DNA of 64,000 nucleotides from Escherichia coli (GTDB lineage Bacteria; Pseudomonadota; Gammaproteobacteria; Enterobacterales; Enterobacteriaceae): NCBI RefSeq assembly GCF_013122565.1, contig NZ_CP053258.1; one strand, 5' to 3'. Shown piece by piece: positions 54,787 to 64,000 of this stretch (position 1 is its first letter; each line of letters starts with the position of its first letter). The notes under the pieces were generated by a model. It saw only the letters and a program-made list of their open reading frames with translations, ran no database searches and was not told where the DNA came from. The position numbers and the translations under genes were made by a program.

Positions 54787-57186
54787 ATGAAGCTAACCGA
54801 TGCGGATAATGCCGCCGATGGCATTTTTTTCCCCGCCCTTGAGCAAAATATGATGGGTGCGGTGTTAATTAACGAAAATGATGAAGTGATGTTTTTCAAC
54901 CCCGCCGCAGAGAAGCTCTGGGGGTACAAACGTGAAGAAGTCATTGGCAATAACATTGATATGCTGATTCCGCGGGATTTGCGTCCTGCGCATCCTGAAT
55001 ACATTCGTCACAACCGTGAAGGCGGTAAAGCGCGCGTCGAGGGGATGAGTCGGGAGCTGCAGCTGGAGAAAAAAGACGGCAGTAAAATCTGGACCCGTTT
55101 TGCGCTATCGAAAGTGAGCGCCGAGGGGAAAGTTTATTACCTGGCGCTGGTACGGGATGCAAGCGTAGAAATGGCGCAAAAAGAACAGACCCGACAATTG
55201 ATTATTGCCGTTGACCATCTCGACCGACCGGTGATTGTCCTCGATCCGGAACGCCATATTGTGCAGTGCAATCGCGCATTTACCGAAATGTTTGGTTACT
55301 GCATTAGCGAAGCCAGCGGTATGCAGCCCGATACACTCCTGAACATTCCTGAATTCCCTGCCGATAACCGCATTCGTTTACAACAGTTGCTATGGAAAAC
55401 CGCCCGCGATCAGGACGAATTTCTGCTGTTGACGCGCACCGGTGAAAAAATCTGGATTAAAGCCTCTATCAGCCCTGTTTATGACGTGCTCGCGCATCTG
55501 CAGAACCTGGTAATGACCTTCTCGGATATCACCGAAGAACGGCAAATCCGCCAGCTTGAAGGCAATATTCTCGCCGCCATGTGCAGCAGCCCGCCATTTC
55601 ATGAAATGGGGGAAATCATTTGTCGTAACATCGAATCTGTTCTCAACGAATCGCATGTTTCGCTGTTCGCACTGCGCAACGGGATGCCGATACACTGGGC
55701 GTCATCTTCGCACGGTGCAGAAGTTCAAAATGCGCAAAGCTGGTCAGCGACCATTCGTCAGCGTGATGGCGCGCCTGCGGGGATCCTGCAAATTAAAACC
55801 TCGTCAGGAGCAGAAACCAGCGCCTTTATCGAACGCGTGGCAGATATCAGCCAGCATATGGCCGCGCTGGCGCTGGAACAGGAAAAAAGCCGTCAGCATA
55901 TTGAACAACTCATCCAATTTGATCCGATGACCGGTCTGCCAAATCGCAATAACCTGCACAATTACCTCGATGACCTGGTCGACAAAGCCGTCTCTCCGGT
56001 GGTGTATCTCATCGGTGTTGACCATATTCAGGATGTGATTGATAGCCTTGGCTATGCGTGGGCCGATCAGGCATTGCTGGAAGTGGTCAATCGCTTTCGT
56101 GAAAAACTCAAACCGGATCAGTATCTCTGTCGTATCGAAGGTACGCAGTTTGTCCTCGTGAGCCTGGAAAACGACGTCAGTAACATTACCCAAATCGCCG
56201 ATGAGCTACGGAATGTGGTCAGCAAGCCGATAATGATTGACGATAAACCCTTCCCGCTTACCTTGAGTATTGGCATCAGCTACGACGTGGGTAAAAACCG
56301 CGATTACCTGCTCTCCACTGCTCACAATGCAATGGATTATATTCGCAAGAATGGGGGTAACGGCTGGCAGTTCTTCAGCCCGGCGATGAACGAAATGGTA
56401 AAAGAGCGTTTGGTTTTAGGCGCAGCGCTGAAAGAAGCGATTAGCAATAACCAACTGAAACTGGTTTACCAGCCGCAAATCTTCGCAGAAACGGGTGAAC
56501 TGTACGGCATCGAAGCCCTTGCTCGCTGGCACGATCCCCTGCATGGTCATGTGCCCCCTTCACGGTTTATTCCTCTCGCAGAAGAGATTGGTGAAATCGA
56601 AAATATTGGGCGCTGGGTCATCGCGGAAGCTTGCCGTCAGTTAGCAGAATGGCGTAGCCAGAATATTCATATCCCGGCGCTTTCCGTTAACTTGTCGGCA
56701 CTGCACTTTCGCAGTAATCAACTGCCTAATCAGGTGTCTGATGCAATGCAAGCCTGGGGTATTGACGGCCACCAGCTGACGGTAGAAATCACGGAAAGCA
56801 TGATGATGGAACACGATACCGAAATCTTTAAGCGCATTCAGATCCTGCGTGATATGGGCGTCGGCTTATCGGTAGATGATTTTGGCACGGGCTTTTCCGG
56901 ATTATCCCGCTTAGTCAGTCTTCCGGTAACGGAAATCAAAATTGACAAAAGTTTTGTCGATCGTTGTCTTGCGGAAAAACGCATCCTTGCCTTACTTGAA
57001 GCCATTACCAGCATTGGGCAAAGCCTCAATTTAACCGTCGTGGCGGAAGGCGTCGAAACCAAAGAGCAATTTGAGATGCTACGCAAGATCCACTGTCGCG
57101 TTATTCAGGGATATTTCTTTTCCCGTCCCCTGCCCGCCGAAGAAATTCCAGGCTGGATGAGCAGCGTGTTACCGCTGAAAATCTGA
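54787..57186 (+). CDS. dosP: DosP, haem-PAS c-di-GMP phosphodiesterase
   Basis: 799 aa from ATG 54787 (MKLTDADNAADGIFFPALEQN...) with RBS GAGG upstream. EAL motif (EALAR) present. Confidence 0.93.
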   Translation: MKLTDADNAADGIFFPALEQNMMGAVLINENDEVMFFNPAAEKLWGYKREEVIGNNIDMLIPRDLRPAHPEYIRHNREGGKARVEGMSRELQLEKKDGSKIWTRFALSKVSAEGKVYYLALVRDASVEMAQKEQTRQLIIAVDHLDRPVIVLDPERHIVQCNRAFTEMFGYCISEASGMQPDTLLNIPEFPADNRIRLQQLLWKTARDQDEFLLLTRTGEKIWIKASISPVYDVLAHLQNLVMTFSDITEERQIRQLEGNILAAMCSSPPFHEMGEIICRNIESVLNESHVSLFALRNGMPIHWASSSHGAEVQNAQSWSATIRQRDGAPAGILQIKTSSGAETSAFIERVADISQHMAALALEQEKSRQHIEQLIQFDPMTGLPNRNNLHNYLDDLVDKAVSPVVYLIGVDHIQDVIDSLGYAWADQALLEVVNRFREKLKPDQYLCRIEGTQFVLVSLENDVSNITQIADELRNVVSKPIMIDDKPFPLTLSIGISYDVGKNRDYLLSTAHNAMDYIRKNGGNGWQFFSPAMNEMVKERLVLGAALKEAISNNQLKLVYQPQIFAETGELYGIEALARWHDPLHGHVPPSRFIPLAEEIGEIENIGRWVIAEACRQLAEWRSQNIHIPALSVNLSALHFRSNQLPNQVSDAMQAWGIDGHQLTVEITESMMMEHDTEIFKRIQILRDMGVGLSVDDFGTGFSGLSRLVSLPVTEIKIDKSFVDRCLAEKRILALLEAITSIGQSLNLTVVAEGVETKEQFEMLRKIHCRVIQGYFFSRPLPAEEIPGWMSSVLPLKI

Positions 57187-57198
57187 CAAATTCCTCTC

Positions 57199-57217
57199 GC
57201 CCGCACTCGCGGGTTTT
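57199..57217 (+). terminator. Short terminator-like hairpin after dosP
   Basis: CCCGC-ACTC-GCGGG followed by TTTT. Confidence 0.45.
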
Positions 57218-57443
57218 CATTTAACGTGACACTGTCACTTAAATACTGTGATTTCAGCTACGATTCCGGGAGATTCCTTCCTTAACTTCCCCTCTTGCAC
57301 CAAAACTGCACTACGCTGCACAAATGTTGATCAAAAGTTAAAAAATATAACTTTAAGCCAGCATTCTGGCGCTTATCCCGGCATGGCATGAGATCTGCAT
57401 AAGCGGAAAGCGCAGCAATTTTTGTCTTATACAGGAACCGTTT

Positions 57444-58025
57444 ATGTCGGATACCACCGAACTGGTTGATTTAGCCGTGATCTTCCCTGATCTGGAGATC
57501 GAATTGAAATACGCCTGCGCTGATAACATCACAGGTAAAGCTATTTACCAGCAAGCGCGTTGTCTGTTACACAAGGATGCGATTACCGCGCTGGCGAAAA
57601 GTATCAGTATCGCCCAGCTATCAGGCTTACAACTGGTGATTTACGATGCGTATCGCCCACAACAAGCACAGGCGATGTTGTGGCAAGCCTGCCCAGACCC
57701 GCAATATGTTGTTGATGTGACGGTCGGTTCTAATCACAGCCGTGGCACGGCGCTCGACCTGACGCTTCGTGATGAGCACGGGAACATCCTGGATATGGGC
57801 GCAGGGTTCGATGAAATGCACGAGCGCTCCCATGCCTATCACCCTTCCGTCCCGCCCGCCGCTCAGCGCAATCGCCTGTTGCTGAATGCGATAATGACTG
57901 GTGGCGGTTTTGTCGGTATCTCCAGCGAATGGTGGCACTTCGAATTACCCCAGGCAGCGAGTTACCCTCTGCTCGCTGATCAATTCACCTGTTTTATATC
58001 CCCTGGCACACAGAACGTCAGTTAA
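57444..58025 (+). CDS. ddpX: D-Ala-D-Ala dipeptidase DdpX
   Basis: 193-aa ORF; first gene of the ddp operon. Confidence 0.93.
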   Translation: MSDTTELVDLAVIFPDLEIELKYACADNITGKAIYQQARCLLHKDAITALAKSISIAQLSGLQLVIYDAYRPQQAQAMLWQACPDPQYVVDVTVGSNHSRGTALDLTLRDEHGNILDMGAGFDEMHERSHAYHPSVPPAAQRNRLLLNAIMTGGGFVGISSEWWHFELPQAASYPLLADQFTCFISPGTQNVS

Positions 58026-58038
58026 TCAGGAAACTGTC

Positions 58039-59589
58039 ATGAAGAGATCGATATCGTTTCGTCCCACATTGCTCGCGCTCGTCCTTGCCACAACTTTCCC
58101 GGTTGCGCACGCCGCCGTACCGAAAGATATGCTGGTGATTGGTAAGGCCGCCGATCCACAAACCCTCGACCCGGCAGTAACAATAGATAATAACGACTGG
58201 ACAGTGACCTACCCGTCTTATCAGCGGCTGGTTCAGTACAAAACGGACGGTGATAAAGGCTCAACCGACGTTGAAGGCGATCTGGCAAGTAGCTGGAAAG
58301 CGTCTGACGATCAAAAAGAGTGGACGTTCACCCTGAAAGATAATGCTAAATTTGCCGATGGCACACCTGTCACTGCCGAAGCAGTAAAACTTTCTTTTGA
58401 GCGGCTACTAAAAATCGGCCAGGGGCCAGCAGAAGCATTTCCCAAAGATTTAAAGATTGATGCTCCCGACGAACATACGGTGAAGTTTACCCTTAGCCAA
58501 CCATTCGCACCGTTCCTCTACACGCTGGCGAATGACGGTGCATCCATTATCAATCCGGCGGTCTTAAAGGAACATGCAGCGGATGATGCCCGCGGCTTCC
58601 TCGCGCAAAATACCGCCGGTTCCGGACCATTTATGCTGAAAAGCTGGCAAAAAGGTCAGCAATTAGTTCTGGTGCCAAATCCGCATTACTCCGGCAATAA
58701 ACCGAACTTTAAGCGAGTATCGGTAAAAATTATCGGTGAAAGTGCCTCCCGTCGCCTGCAGCTCTCCCGTGGCGACATTGACATTGCCGATGCGCTGCCG
58801 GTGGATCAACTCAACGCCCTGAAGCAGGAAAATAAAGTCAATGTGGCAGAGTATCCGTCACTGCGCGTCACCTATCTGTATCTGAATAACAGCAAAGCGC
58901 CACTTAATCAGGCGGATCTGCGGCGGGCCATTTCCTGGTCTACCGATTATCAGGGCATGGTTAACGGCATTCTGAGTGGTAACGGAAAACAAATGCGCGG
59001 CCCGATTCCGGAAGGCATGTGGGGCTACGATGCGACGGCAATGCAATACAACCATGACGAAACGAAAGCCAAAGCCGAATGGGATAAAGTGACGAGCAAA
59101 CCCACCAGCCTGACGTTTCTCTACTCCGATAACGACCCGAACTGGGAACCGATCGCTCTGGCGACACAATCCAGTCTCAACAAGCTGGGCATCAATGTGA
59201 AGCTGGAAAAACTGGCGAACGCCACCATGCGCGACAGAGTGGGTAAAGGTGATTACGACATTGCGATTGGCAACTGGAGTCCGGATTTTGCCGACCCGTA
59301 TATGTTTATGAATTACTGGTTTGAGTCAGACAAAAAAGGTCTGCCGGGTAACCGCTCGTTCTATGAAAACAGTGAGGTCGATAAGTTACTGCGCAATGCG
59401 CTTGCGACCACCGACCAGACGCAGCGTACCCGAGACTACCAGCAGGCACAGAAAATCGTCATTGATGACGCTGCTTATGTGTACCTGTTCCAGAAAAACT
59501 ACCAACTGGCGATGAACAAAGAGGTGAAAGGCTTTGTGTTCAATCCCATGCTGGAACAGGTCTTCAATATCAATACCATGAGTAAATAA
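58039..59589 (+). CDS. ddpA: DdpA, periplasmic D,D-dipeptide-binding protein
   Basis: 516 aa from ATG 58039 (MKRSISFRPTLLALVLATTFPVAHA...) with signal peptide. Confidence 0.93.
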   Translation: MKRSISFRPTLLALVLATTFPVAHAAVPKDMLVIGKAADPQTLDPAVTIDNNDWTVTYPSYQRLVQYKTDGDKGSTDVEGDLASSWKASDDQKEWTFTLKDNAKFADGTPVTAEAVKLSFERLLKIGQGPAEAFPKDLKIDAPDEHTVKFTLSQPFAPFLYTLANDGASIINPAVLKEHAADDARGFLAQNTAGSGPFMLKSWQKGQQLVLVPNPHYSGNKPNFKRVSVKIIGESASRRLQLSRGDIDIADALPVDQLNALKQENKVNVAEYPSLRVTYLYLNNSKAPLNQADLRRAISWSTDYQGMVNGILSGNGKQMRGPIPEGMWGYDATAMQYNHDETKAKAEWDKVTSKPTSLTFLYSDNDPNWEPIALATQSSLNKLGINVKLEKLANATMRDRVGKGDYDIAIGNWSPDFADPYMFMNYWFESDKKGLPGNRSFYENSEVDKLLRNALATTDQTQRTRDYQQAQKIVIDDAAYVYLFQKNYQLAMNKEVKGFVFNPMLEQVFNINTMSK

Positions 59590-59590
59590 C

Positions 59591-60613
59591 GTGACCTTCT
59601 GGAGTATTTTACGCCAACGCTGCTGGGGGCTGGTGCTCGTTGTGGCGGGCGTCTGCGTGATTACGTTTATTATCTCACATCTGATCCCTGGTGATCCGGC
59701 TCGGTTACTGGCGGGTGACCGCGCCAGCGATGCTATCGTGGAAAATATTCGCCAGCAACTGGGACTGGACCAGCCACTGTATGTACAGTTTTACCGCTAC
59801 GTCAGCGACCTGTTTCATGGTGACCTGGGAACATCCATTCGTACTGGGCGTCCGGTGCTGGAAGAGTTGCGTATATTTTTCCCGGCGACGCTGGAGCTGG
59901 CTTTTTGTGCCCTGCTGCTGGCACTCTTGATTGGCATCCCGCTGGGCATACTCTCTGCAGTCTGGCGAAATCGCTGGCTGGATCATCTGGTGCGAATAAT
60001 GGCGATTACCGGAATCTCCACACCTGCGTTCTGGCTTGGGCTGGGCGTCATCGTGCTGTTTTATGGTCATCTGCAAATACTTCCCGGCGGCGGAAGGCTT
60101 GATGACTGGCTGGATCCACCAACGCACGTTACCGGCTTTTATCTGCTCGATGCGTTGCTTGAAGGCAACGGTGAAGTCTTCTTCAATGCGTTGCAACATC
60201 TCATCTTACCGGCATTAACGCTGGCGTTTGTTCACCTGGGAATTGTCGCCCGCCAGATCCGTTCAGCGATGCTGGAACAATTGAGTGAAGACTACATTCG
60301 TACCGCCCGGGCCAGCGGCTTGCCCGGCTGGTATATCGTTCTATGTTATGCGCTACCCAATGCGTTGATCCCCTCGATTACCGTATTGGGTCTGGCACTG
60401 GGCGATTTGTTGTATGGCGCAGTGCTCACCGAAACCGTTTTTGCCTGGCCCGGAATGGGGGCATGGGTAGTGACATCAATACAGGCGCTCGACTTCCCTG
60501 CGGTGATGGGATTTGCCGTCGTGGTTTCATTTGCTTATGTGCTGGTGAACCTGGTAGTGGATTTGCTCTATTTGTGGATTGATCCGCGTATCGGACGTGG
60601 AGGTGATGAATGA
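59591..60613 (+). CDS. ddpB: DdpB, ABC transporter permease
   Basis: 340-aa membrane ORF. Confidence 0.93.
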   Translation: MTFWSILRQRCWGLVLVVAGVCVITFIISHLIPGDPARLLAGDRASDAIVENIRQQLGLDQPLYVQFYRYVSDLFHGDLGTSIRTGRPVLEELRIFFPATLELAFCALLLALLIGIPLGILSAVWRNRWLDHLVRIMAITGISTPAFWLGLGVIVLFYGHLQILPGGGRLDDWLDPPTHVTGFYLLDALLEGNGEVFFNALQHLILPALTLAFVHLGIVARQIRSAMLEQLSEDYIRTARASGLPGWYIVLCYALPNALIPSITVLGLALGDLLYGAVLTETVFAWPGMGAWVVTSIQALDFPAVMGFAVVVSFAYVLVNLVVDLLYLWIDPRIGRGGDE

Positions 60614-61506
60614 TGCTAAGCGAGGAAACGTCCGCCGTACGCCCAGCAAAACAAACGCGATTTAACGGTGCAAAACTGGTATGGATGCTGAAAGGCAGTC
60701 CGCTCACCGTGACCGGCGCAGTCATCATTGTATTAATGCTATTGATGATGATTTTTTCACCGTGGCTGGCGACGCATGATCCCAACGCCATTGATTTAAC
60801 CGCCCGCCTTTTACCGCCTTCTGCGGCGCACTGGTTTGGCACCGATGAAGTGGGACGCGATCTGTTCAGCCGCGTACTGGTCGGCAGTCAGCAATCAATT
60901 CTCGCCGGATTAGTGGTGGTCGCCATTGCGGGTATGATTGGTTCGCTACTCGGATGTCTATCCGGTTTGCTTGGCGGACGCGCAGACGCCATCATCATGC
61001 GCATCATGGACATTATGCTGTCGATTCCTTCGTTGGTACTGACAATGGCACTGGCTGCCGCTCTCGGGCCGAGTTTATTTAACGCCATGCTGGCGATTGC
61101 AATTGTGCGAATTCCCTTTTATGTGCGCCTGGCGCGGGGGCAAGCATTAGTTGTACGCCAGTATACCTATGTTCAGGCGGCGAAAACCTTTGGTGCGTCG
61201 CGTTGGCATCTGATCAGCTGGCATATTTTACGTAACTCCCTGCCGCCGCTGATCGTGCAGGCATCGCTGGATATCGGTAGCGCGATTTTAATGGCCGCCA
61301 CGTTGGGATTTATTGGCCTGGGTGCTCAACAACCGAGTGCTGAATGGGGCGCGATGGTAGCGAATGGTCGCAACTATGTACTCGATCAGTGGTGGTATTG
61401 CGCATTTCCGGGGGCAGCGATTTTGCTTACCGCCGTCGGGTTTAATCTCTTTGGTGATGGTATTCGCGATCTGCTTGACCCGAAAGCAGGAGAAAAGCAG
61501 TCATGA
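60610..61506 (+). CDS. ddpC: DdpC, ABC transporter permease
   Basis: 298-aa membrane ORF; 4-nt overlap with ddpB. Confidence 0.93.
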   Translation: MMLSEETSAVRPAKQTRFNGAKLVWMLKGSPLTVTGAVIIVLMLLMMIFSPWLATHDPNAIDLTARLLPPSAAHWFGTDEVGRDLFSRVLVGSQQSILAGLVVVAIAGMIGSLLGCLSGLLGGRADAIIMRIMDIMLSIPSLVLTMALAAALGPSLFNAMLAIAIVRIPFYVRLARGQALVVRQYTYVQAAKTFGASRWHLISWHILRNSLPPLIVQASLDIGSAILMAATLGFIGLGAQQPSAEWGAMVANGRNYVLDQWWYCAFPGAAILLTAVGFNLFGDGIRDLLDPKAGEKQS

Positions 61507-62489
61507 CCCAACCCGTTCTGGACATCCAACAACTGCATTTGAGTTTCCCCGGTTTTAACGGTGATGTTCACGCGCTCAACAATGTGTCCTTGCAGATTAA
61601 CCGCGGTGAAATTGTCGGTCTGGTGGGAGAATCCGGCTCAGGTAAATCAGTCACCGCAATGCTGATTATGCGTCTGCTACCGACGGGCAGTTATTGCGTA
61701 CATCGGGGGCAGATTTCCCTGCTGGGAGAAGATGTTCTTAACGCGCGGGAAAAACAGCTTCGTCAGTGGCGCGGCGCACGAGTGGCGATGATCTTTCAGG
61801 AACCGATGACCGCCCTCAATCCAACACGTCGAATAGGTCTTCAGATGATGGACGTGATCCGCCATCATCAACCAATAAGTCGTCGGGAAGCCAAAGCTAA
61901 AGCGATTGCCTTGCTGGAAGAGATGCAAATCCCGGATGCCGTGGAAGTTATGTCGCGCTATCCGTTTGAGCTTTCAGGTGGTATGCGCCAGCGGGTAATG
62001 ATTGCATTGGCATTCTCCTGCGAGCCGCAATTGATTATTGCCGACGAACCGACGACGGCGCTGGACGTCACAGTACAGTTGCAGGTACTGCGTTTGCTTA
62101 AACATAAAGCCCGCGCCAGTGGAACTGCGGTACTGTTCATCAGCCATGATATGGCCGTGGTGTCGCAACTGTGCGATAGCGTTTACGTGATGTATGCCGG
62201 AAGCGTAATTGAAAGCGGCGGGACGGCAGACGTTATCCATCATCCCCGGCATCCGTATACCATTGGTTTGCTGCAATGCGCACCAGAACATGGAGTACCA
62301 CGCCAGCCATTACCCGCCATTCCAGGGACGGTACCAAACCTCACCCATTTGCCTGACGGCTGCGCTTTTCGCGATCGTTGCTATGCGGCAGGTGCACAGT
62401 GTGAAAACGTCCCGGCGCTGACAGCGTGTGGTGACAACAACCAGCGCTGCGCCTGTTGGTATCCGCAGCAGGAGGTCATAAGTGTCTGA
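61503..62489 (+). CDS. ddpD: DdpD, ABC transporter ATP-binding protein
   Basis: 328-aa ORF with Walker A (GESGSGKS); 4-nt overlap with ddpC. Confidence 0.93.
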   Translation: MTQPVLDIQQLHLSFPGFNGDVHALNNVSLQINRGEIVGLVGESGSGKSVTAMLIMRLLPTGSYCVHRGQISLLGEDVLNAREKQLRQWRGARVAMIFQEPMTALNPTRRIGLQMMDVIRHHQPISRREAKAKAIALLEEMQIPDAVEVMSRYPFELSGGMRQRVMIALAFSCEPQLIIADEPTTALDVTVQLQVLRLLKHKARASGTAVLFISHDMAVVSQLCDSVYVMYAGSVIESGGTADVIHHPRHPYTIGLLQCAPEHGVPRQPLPAIPGTVPNLTHLPDGCAFRDRCYAAGAQCENVPALTACGDNNQRCACWYPQQEVISV

Positions 62490-63408
62490 CACGTTATTAA
62501 CGTTACGCGACGTCCATATCAATTTTCCGGCCCGTAAAAACTGGCTTGGTAAAACTACGGAATATGTTCATGCCATTAATGGTATTGATTTACAGATCCG
62601 CCGTGGTGAAACCTTAGGGATCGTCGGTGAGTCAGGCTGCGGCAAAAGCACCCTCGCACAGCTTTTAATGGGCATGCTGCAACCGAGCCACGGGCAGTAC
62701 ATCCGTTCAGGCTCGCAACGCATTATGCAGATGGTGTTTCAGGACCCGCTCTCTTCGCTTAATCCGCGCTTACCGGTGTGGCGCATCATCACTGAACCGC
62801 TCTGGATAGCTAAGCGTAGTAGTGAACAACAGCGGCGAGCGTTGGCAGAGGAGCTGGCTGTGCAGGTGGGTATTCGTCCGGAGTATCTCGACCGCCTGCC
62901 TCATGCGTTCTCCGGCGGGCAGCGGCAACGCATCGCCATTGCCAGAGCACTCTCTTCGCAGCCTGACGTGATTGTGCTTGATGAACCGACCTCGGCGCTG
63001 GATATCTCCGTGCAGGCGCAGATCCTCAATTTACTGGTAACGCTACAGGAAAATCACGGGCTGACTTATGTGCTGATTTCACACAATGTCTCGGTGATAC
63101 GTCATATGAGCGATCGGGTGGCGGTGATGTATCTCGGGCAGATTGTGGAACTAGGGGAAACGCAACAGGTGCTGACTGCTCCGGCACATCCATACACCCG
63201 ATTATTGCTGGATTCCCTCCCCGCCATTGATAAACCACTGGAGGAAGAATGGGCATTACGTAAAACGGATCTACCGGGAAACCGCACGTTGCCGCAAGGC
63301 TGTTTTTTCTACGAACGTTGCCCTCTGGCAACCCACGGATGTGAAGTCCGGCAATCATTAGCAATAAGGGAGGACGGACGTGAGCTCCGGTGCTGGCGGG
63401 CGCTGTAG
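62482..63408 (+). CDS. ddpF: DdpF, ABC transporter ATP-binding protein
   Basis: 308-aa ORF with Walker A (GESGCGKS); 8-nt overlap with ddpD. Confidence 0.93.
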   Translation: MSDTLLTLRDVHINFPARKNWLGKTTEYVHAINGIDLQIRRGETLGIVGESGCGKSTLAQLLMGMLQPSHGQYIRSGSQRIMQMVFQDPLSSLNPRLPVWRIITEPLWIAKRSSEQQRRALAEELAVQVGIRPEYLDRLPHAFSGGQRQRIAIARALSSQPDVIVLDEPTSALDISVQAQILNLLVTLQENHGLTYVLISHNVSVIRHMSDRVAVMYLGQIVELGETQQVLTAPAHPYTRLLLDSLPAIDKPLEEEWALRKTDLPGNRTLPQGCFFYERCPLATHGCEVRQSLAIREDGRELRCWRAL

Positions 63409-63463
63409 AGATGCTAACAACGCATTAGGCATTCACGCGCCTGACGCGTCATCCGACAATGCT

Positions 63464-63895
63464 TTACGATTTCAACTGGTAATCCAGCGTAATTTCCGCT
63501 TTCAGTACCTGAGAGACCGGGCATCCTGCTTTTGCTTTCTGGATGATGCCGTCAAAGGTAGAGGCATCAATACCCGGCACCGCAATTTCACTCTTCAGTG
63601 CGATTTTCGTAATCGCAAAACCGGCATCCACTTTATCCAGCGACACATCGGCGGTGGTATCAATCGATGTTGGCGTGAATCCTGCTTCTCCCAGCATTAA
63701 TGAAAGCGCCATTGAGAAACATGCGGCATGTGCTGCGCCAATCAGTTCTTCAGGGTTGGTTCCTTTTTCGCCTTCAAAACGCGTGTTAAATCCATACGGC
63801 TGTTGGTTCAGCACGCCACTCTCGGTGGATACTGTTCCCTTCCCGCGTTTGATATCGCCTTCCCAGTGTGCCTGACCTTTCTTATGGATTGTCAT
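63464..63895 (-). CDS. osmC: OsmC, osmotically inducible peroxiredoxin
   Basis: 143-aa minus-strand ORF (MTIHKKGQAHWEGDIKRGKGTVSTESG...). Confidence 0.93.
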   Translation of the reverse strand: MTIHKKGQAHWEGDIKRGKGTVSTESGVLNQQPYGFNTRFEGEKGTNPEELIGAAHAACFSMALSLMLGEAGFTPTSIDTTADVSLDKVDAGFAITKIALKSEIAVPGIDASTFDGIIQKAKAGCPVSQVLKAEITLDYQLKS

Positions 63896-64000
63896 TATTG
63901 CTCTCCTGTGGGCTTAAAAAGGAAATTATAGACTACGTGAGAAACAGCACGAGGATAAGCAGGATATTCCGAATAAAATCCGGCAGAAAATATTACTTCT

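Overview
This window reads as an Escherichia coli chromosomal segment, in reverse orientation relative to K-12 numbering, with no rRNA, tRNA, CRISPR array or prophage. I did not find a convincingly unprecedented system: every coding region falls into a recognisable family. The gene order is lsrA' (partial, minus) / lsrR-lsrK / ydeK autotransporter (intact, 1806 aa) / hipBA toxin-antitoxin / a roughly 14.7 kb accessory block / a decayed yneL AraC-type remnant / an apparently complete F9 (Fml) chaperone-usher fimbrial operon / ydeP-safA-ydeO / ydeN-ydeM / yddA-yddB-pqqL / gadBC / yddW / dosCP / ddpXABCDF / osmC (minus). The accessory block (about 11.7-26.5 kb) is the part most worth follow-up. 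It holds a TibC/Aah-like heptosyltransferase with an AIDA-I/TibA-like adhesin, an IS3-family transposase remnant, a GPH-transporter + glycoside-hydrolase + LacI-regulator cassette of unknown substrate, and a tcuRABC tricarballylate-utilisation operon. Gene names come from my recognition of the protein sequences and remembered K-12 gene order; no database search was run. Coordinates of small sites were counted by hand and may be off by a base or two.
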